DNA from: Paragordius varius
Lineage: Eukaryota; Animalia; Nematomorpha
Assembly (NCBI GenBank): GCA_964247055.1
Contig: OZ176050.1
Coordinates: 13,330,001 to 13,394,000 of the forward strand
DNA length: 64,000 nucleotides
Direction of reading: 5' to 3'
The notes under the pieces are model-generated. The model ran no database searches. It was not told where the DNA came from and saw only the letters and a list, made by a program, of their open reading frames with translations. Below are positions 59,401 through 64,000 of the stretch, one piece after another (position 1 is the stretch's first letter; each line of letters begins with the position of its first letter). Position numbers and translations under genes: made by a program.

Positions 59401-62039
59401 AGCGTCGTCCAGTCTTCCAAATAATCTTTACAGTTTGTATAAAACATTTTTATATGGTACAGGATATCTTGGCGATTTATTAAGCCTTGTTTTTCTAAAT
59501 TATTTATTGTATTGCGGATGGTTAATGGAATAAAATTATTTTCTAACCGTTCTTGACATTGGAATTTTAGGTTACTAACTTCATTGGCTACTTCTGCCGA
59601 AATTTTGTCACCTTCAATAAATTTAATAACATTTTGAAAGAGAGAAGCTTGATTATGTAAGAATTTTAACCATATTTTTGAAGAATCACTTTCAAAAAAA
59701 ATTTTTAAAGTTGTAGGACATTTGTCCTGTGATAAAAAAAAAGGTTTTAAAGGATCATACATTTTTAAAATTCCTTCGATAGCTGGCATAAAAGCTAACC
59801 AACGAGTTTTACTATATCCAAGCATTTTTTGATATTGAACTTCTGCATTTTCACAGATTCTTTAAGCGTTTCAACACGTACCGTGTATATATAAAAATAG
59901 GAATATATTTTAACAACTACATTTTCCACATCTAAGGGTAACAAATCTGCAGCTGTTTGAATAGCGTTGTGTATTATATGCGTTGCACACCCTACGCCAA
60001 TAATGTTTTGATTAAGATTATCTGTTAATTTATGAAAAATATTTTTTGTTCCTCTCCTTGCTTTTCCACCAAAGTTCGTATTGGTGTTGTCAGCGCAATA
60101 TGCGATAATTTTGTCTTTTAAATTATTTTTTTGTAGAATATGCATTATTGAAGTAAATATTATTTCAGAATTTTTACCGGGTAGGGAAATTAAATCTAAA
60201 AATTTAATTTTTACTCCGGTTTCTGAATCAAAATATCTTATCAAAGTAGGAAATAATTTTGTTTCATGGTGATTTGAAGCATCAGAGTATAGGGAAAAGA
60301 AATTAATTTTTAGCAAATCTTTTTGTATTTCAGAAAAAGCATGTGGCGAAAAAACATTGCATACAATGGCTTCAGCCTTTGTACGGGCACATGTAAATTT
60401 TTTATTGAATAACGTGCGAATAACCTGTGAGGTACAATCCATTGAACGAAATGAATGGCAATGATTTAAGGCGTGAAAGGAAAACAGGCCCTCAGCAAGT
60501 GCTAAATTCTTTTCTTCCTCTCCAAAAGCGGTTTTTCGAAAAAAATCGCTCATCTTGTGAGATGATGCCGTTATAATTAAACATTTTTGTTGTTTCTGTG
60601 TATCAATATGCTTTGTAATGTCATGTTTGCCGCCATGTGCCAGCGTGAATTCCCCATCGCATATAAGACATTTAATTATTCATTCTTCGTTTTTTTAATG
60701 AAAGGAAAATCTTTCATTCATTCATCATTGAATTTACAGCCTCTTTTTGTGTTCATATTTATAAACTAAATATTAGTATAATAATTATATTACCTTAATT
60801 TCTGGAAAAAGCGTGTAAGGTATTGATTTGTAGTATTAATTTAAATTTTTTATAATGTTGGCAAGTATTAAAACTAAATATTAGTATAATAAATGTTATA
60901 TTACCTTAATTTCTGGAAAAAGCGTGTAAGGTATCGATTTATGGTATCAATTTGGCTTTTTGATATTAATGACAGTAGTAGCAGGAAGGAAAGTGTATAA
61001 TCATATGATATAAATTGGAAAAAAATAAATATTTTTAATTTAAAAATAAAAAATTTTAATTTAAAATAAAAAAAATTTATTTGTATTAAAAAAAATTTTT
61101 TTTTATATAATCATGAAAAAGCGGGACATCTTATAAACGTAGCGGGAGGCGGGACAAAGTGTGAAAAAGCGGGACGTCTGGTCACCTTAATAATACTCCT
61201 TTGTCCTTGTTACGCTAAAAATGTATATCTTGGTTGTGAATGTTTTCACCTAAATACTGTAATATTGAACCTTATGCAAATATGCAACCTCGCCCTAAAA
61301 CTAAATATAATGGAATATAATTTTTTATAAAAGAATAAATTCTTTTTTTCGCTTATTAAAACCATCAAAAATCATAATATAGCCCTTAGATTTGGACAAG
61401 AACCGGGTTCTATGAGTGGTTTTCCGTTTTAGTGGTAGTAGATTGCCACATTTTTTAAGCTTTATAAAGATTGAACTGTAATTATTTAAATTTATTTTAG
61501 AAAATGAAATAATTCCTCAAGCATCAGCCAGAAAATACAAAGTGACGAAACAAATAGTCGAAAATGTAGATTTGAGAGATAAACTGGTGAGACTATCAGA
61601 TGATAACCAAAACAGGAAAACATTCAAGACTTATCCAAAAAGTATCTTACGTAACAGTCAAGACCCGTTAAACAAACGCACTTTTTCGAATGATAAAAAT
61701 ATGGATATGTATAAAAAGCAACACTTAATACCAACATATACAGATAACAATTTAAATGATAACTTTGTCCAATTAATGAATGAATTAAAGGTGGAATCAA
61801 AACCTCAAATTTTAAACCATGATATTAAGGAAACCTTTAATAATGAAAATTTCAATATAAAATGGACTCAACAGGATATCATAAATCAATATCTGGCTTA
61901 TTTATCTGCCTTTGGAAAAGATACCGTATCCAATAATCATTCCACTGTAATGAACCTTAAAGAAAGCGAAAAGAATAATCAATTCTGTTTTGGTAGCGGC
62001 GGTGGGATAACAGTTGTTAGCCTTGATGATGAATTATAG
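56436..62039 (+). CDS. Two-exon tandem-repeat protein (about 579 aa), putative PKA/PP1 scaffold (AKAP-like)
   Basis: Exon 1 is 56436-57633, with a phase-1 donor (G|GTAAAA). Exon 2 is 61501-62039 (TTTTAG|AA AAT GAA, phase 1, in frame with ORF 61542-62039). Eight repeats of about 33 aa; KKVRW and KSILR motifs. The two ORFs are clear; the splice join is inferred. Confidence 0.7.
56546..57312 (+). repeat. Coding tandem repeat, 8 units of about 93-117 bp
   Basis: Consensus L(K/E)LKDYTNIIATQILKEAKLKA..HLK.QS.KP. Units start at about 56546, 56643, 56742, 56841, 56943, 57045, 57135 and 57252. Confidence 0.92.
57903..61189 (-). mobile_element. Complete hAT-superfamily transposon, copy 2 (3287 bp)
   Basis: TIR TAAGGTGATCAGA / TCTGGTCACCTTA. 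Perfect 8-bp TSD ATAATACT at 57895-57902 and 61190-61197. GCGGGAC subterminal repeats. Confidence 0.93.
58890..60765 (-). pseudogene. hAT transposase with few lesions (BED-like finger, DDE core, C-terminal LSLP...TERVFS dimerisation-type motif)
   Basis: ORFs 60553-59795 and 59825-58890 are separated by a 1-nt deletion (AAAGAATCTG versus AAAGAATTCTG in copy 1). The N-terminal CLICDGEF...KHDITKH region at about 60600-60765 contains stops. Confidence 0.85.
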
Positions 62040-62599
62040 AGTTGATGATTGAAAATTGTAAAATATAAAAACAAAAATAAATAATAAAAATATATTTTAT
62101 TTTTGACTTTGTATATGTAGGGATATTTTATTCCAAAAAATAATATAAGTTTAAGGCTGAACTATTATTCCATTGTTTACTAATGAAAATGACCCGTTGA
62201 TTGCGATATTTGTGCCGAGTAAGTATTTTAAGTGAATATTTAATCCAAATTATAATGATTAATCCGTGTTTGTAATATTGACCTATAGCGTTGTGCTTAT
62301 ACTTGTTTTTCTAAATAGCCGAAGTCAATTCTCTACACCAGGGGCGACATTTTAACATGTAAACTTAAAATATTTTATTTTTATATTTGGTCCATTATTT
62401 ATATTGGTAAATCCATATTTTTCATTATGTTGATTTTGTAAACCAGAGTGCGTTACTAACAATGAAGATTGAACATAATTTTATAAGGTGTGACTTTTTT
62501 TGGTTAAAAACAGGTGATAACCACTGATTGGGTCTATATAGTAGCCATGATGCTTAAACTATAGTAAATTTGGCCTTTCTGGATAACCCATAATATCTA

Positions 62600-64000
62600 A
62601 ATGTTATTGTTATTATTGTAGCAAAGATCGTTGTCGATTTATTGCTTTTTCGAAGGTATATTTTCTCCAGTTTATTCGATTGTAAGTGAGTGATGTTAAC
62701 TGTTGTAAAGAGAGATTGGTTTTTTTGGTTAGGTTTTCGATCCAGCGCTATCTTGCAGCGTCCACGTTTCCTGGATCCTTCAACCTTGCCTGTCATTAGT
62801 TGGAATTCCAAGTCATTAGCTCTGGTAATGTGACCAAAGTATGATAATTTCATTTTGAGGCACATGCCAATCAAGTGTATCTCGGGGTTTATTTTGTCAA
62901 GGATTACAGTGTTTTTTATTTTGTCTTTCCAAGTGATTCGAAGTATCTTCCGCCAGCACCAGTTTTCGAAGGCGTTTATGTATTTTTCGTCTACCTTTTT
63001 TATTGTCCAGCTTTCTGATGCATATATCATGCTAGGAAATATTAGGGCTTTAACTAAACGGATTTTTGTTTTAAGTTTGATGTCGTGTGATGACCATAGT
63101 TTATTATATTTTATCATTTTTGTCTTAGCAATTTCTATTCTTCTTTTGATGTCTGGGGTGCTTATGTTTGTTGTATTTATAAGACCTCCTAGGTAAGTGT
63201 ATTGGGTCACTACTTCTATTTGTTGGTTGTGAAAAGATAAGTTGTTATAGTGGTTATGAGCGTTTATAATCATGATTTTAGTTTTTTTAAAGTTGATCGT
63301 CAATCCAAATTTTTGACATTCGTTTGAGAATTCAGTTAGGAGTTTTTTCAGGTTGTCCACTGAGTTTGACAGCAGTATAGTGTCATCAGCATAGTGAAGT
63401 GATGATATAATATTGCCGGCAATGCTTATACCATTAGTTTTATCTATGTTTCGTAATACGCTTTCTATGCAGACATTAAAAAGAGTGGGTGAAAGGACAC
63501 ATCCTTGTCTTAAACCATTGTTCATTTGTACACAATTACTTGTGCCATGTGTGATTTTTATGTTTAGTGATGAATTGGAATAGAGGGATTTAATGATGTT
63601 TAAAATGTGATCTGAAACTCCCATCTGAGATAGTGCCTTCCACAGCGTCTCGTGTTTCACGTGTCGAAGGCTTTTGTAAAATCAATGAAGCAGATGTGGG
63701 TTTCTTTCTGTAATTCAATTTGTTTTTCGAATATCCAACGTAGATTGCTGATCATTTCCCTGCATCCGCGATTGGATCTAAATCCCGCTTGGGTATTAGA
63801 AAGTTCGGCTTCAATTATGCCTTGAATACGCCTATGAATTATTTTGAGGAAAACTTTTGATGCTTGATTTAGCGCTATAGTTCTATAGTTGTTAAATGAT
63901 TCGCCTTTTTTCAAGATGGGGATGAGTATTGATTTGCACCAGTCTTGAGGGAATGAGGCGTGAAATATCTTTTGGAATAAGTCAGTTAAGATATGAATTG
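62600..64000 (-). mobile_element. BovB-like RTE LINE, RT region (continues beyond the window), frameshifted
   Basis: NYRTIAL, QAGFRSNRG, FIDFTKAFD, GLRQGCVLSPTLF, YADD, YTYLG, LSYFGHI and GKVEGSRKRGR. Frameshifts near 63660 and 62720; TAA/CAA-rich tail. Confidence 0.9.

Noticed and set aside
61380-61440. Possible micro-exon between the hAT element and exon 61501
   Set aside because: The phase-compatible frame after the candidate acceptor (TTAG|AT TTG GAC...) hits TGA before the candidate donor.

Overview
Strongly AT-rich eukaryotic (animal-like) genomic DNA with spliceosomal introns and a heavy transposon load; the organism cannot be named from the sequence alone. Host genes reconstructed by hand, using GT-AG boundaries and phase checks: an intronless divergent 7TM/GPCR-like gene (3858-4793 +), a TMEM26-like gene with a long Ser/Thr/Pro-rich tail (8933-14645 +), EB1/MAPRE (21060-17499 -) head-to-head with Arp2 (21159-32087 +), FTCD (40876-32869 -) with an unexpected signal-peptide-like first exon, tRNA-Val(AAC), a BTB-BACK-Kelch gene (55350-47412 -) with a frame anomaly, and a two-exon tandem-repeat gene (56436-62039 +). 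Mobile DNA includes two hAT elements, several RTE-clade LINEs, two mariner relics, two Helitron-type elements and at least four MITE families. Most notable: (1) the 56.4-62.0 kb gene has eight tandem helices resembling PKA-RI anchoring (AKAP/RIAD-type) helices plus RVxF- and SILK-type PP1 motifs; (2) FTCD appears to be routed to the secretory pathway; (3) both hAT elements carry a degenerate inverted copy of their own transposase; (4) introns of 25, 26 and 32 nt surround a 98-bp EB1/Arp2 divergent gap. All functional statements are inferences from motifs and were not confirmed by any database search.
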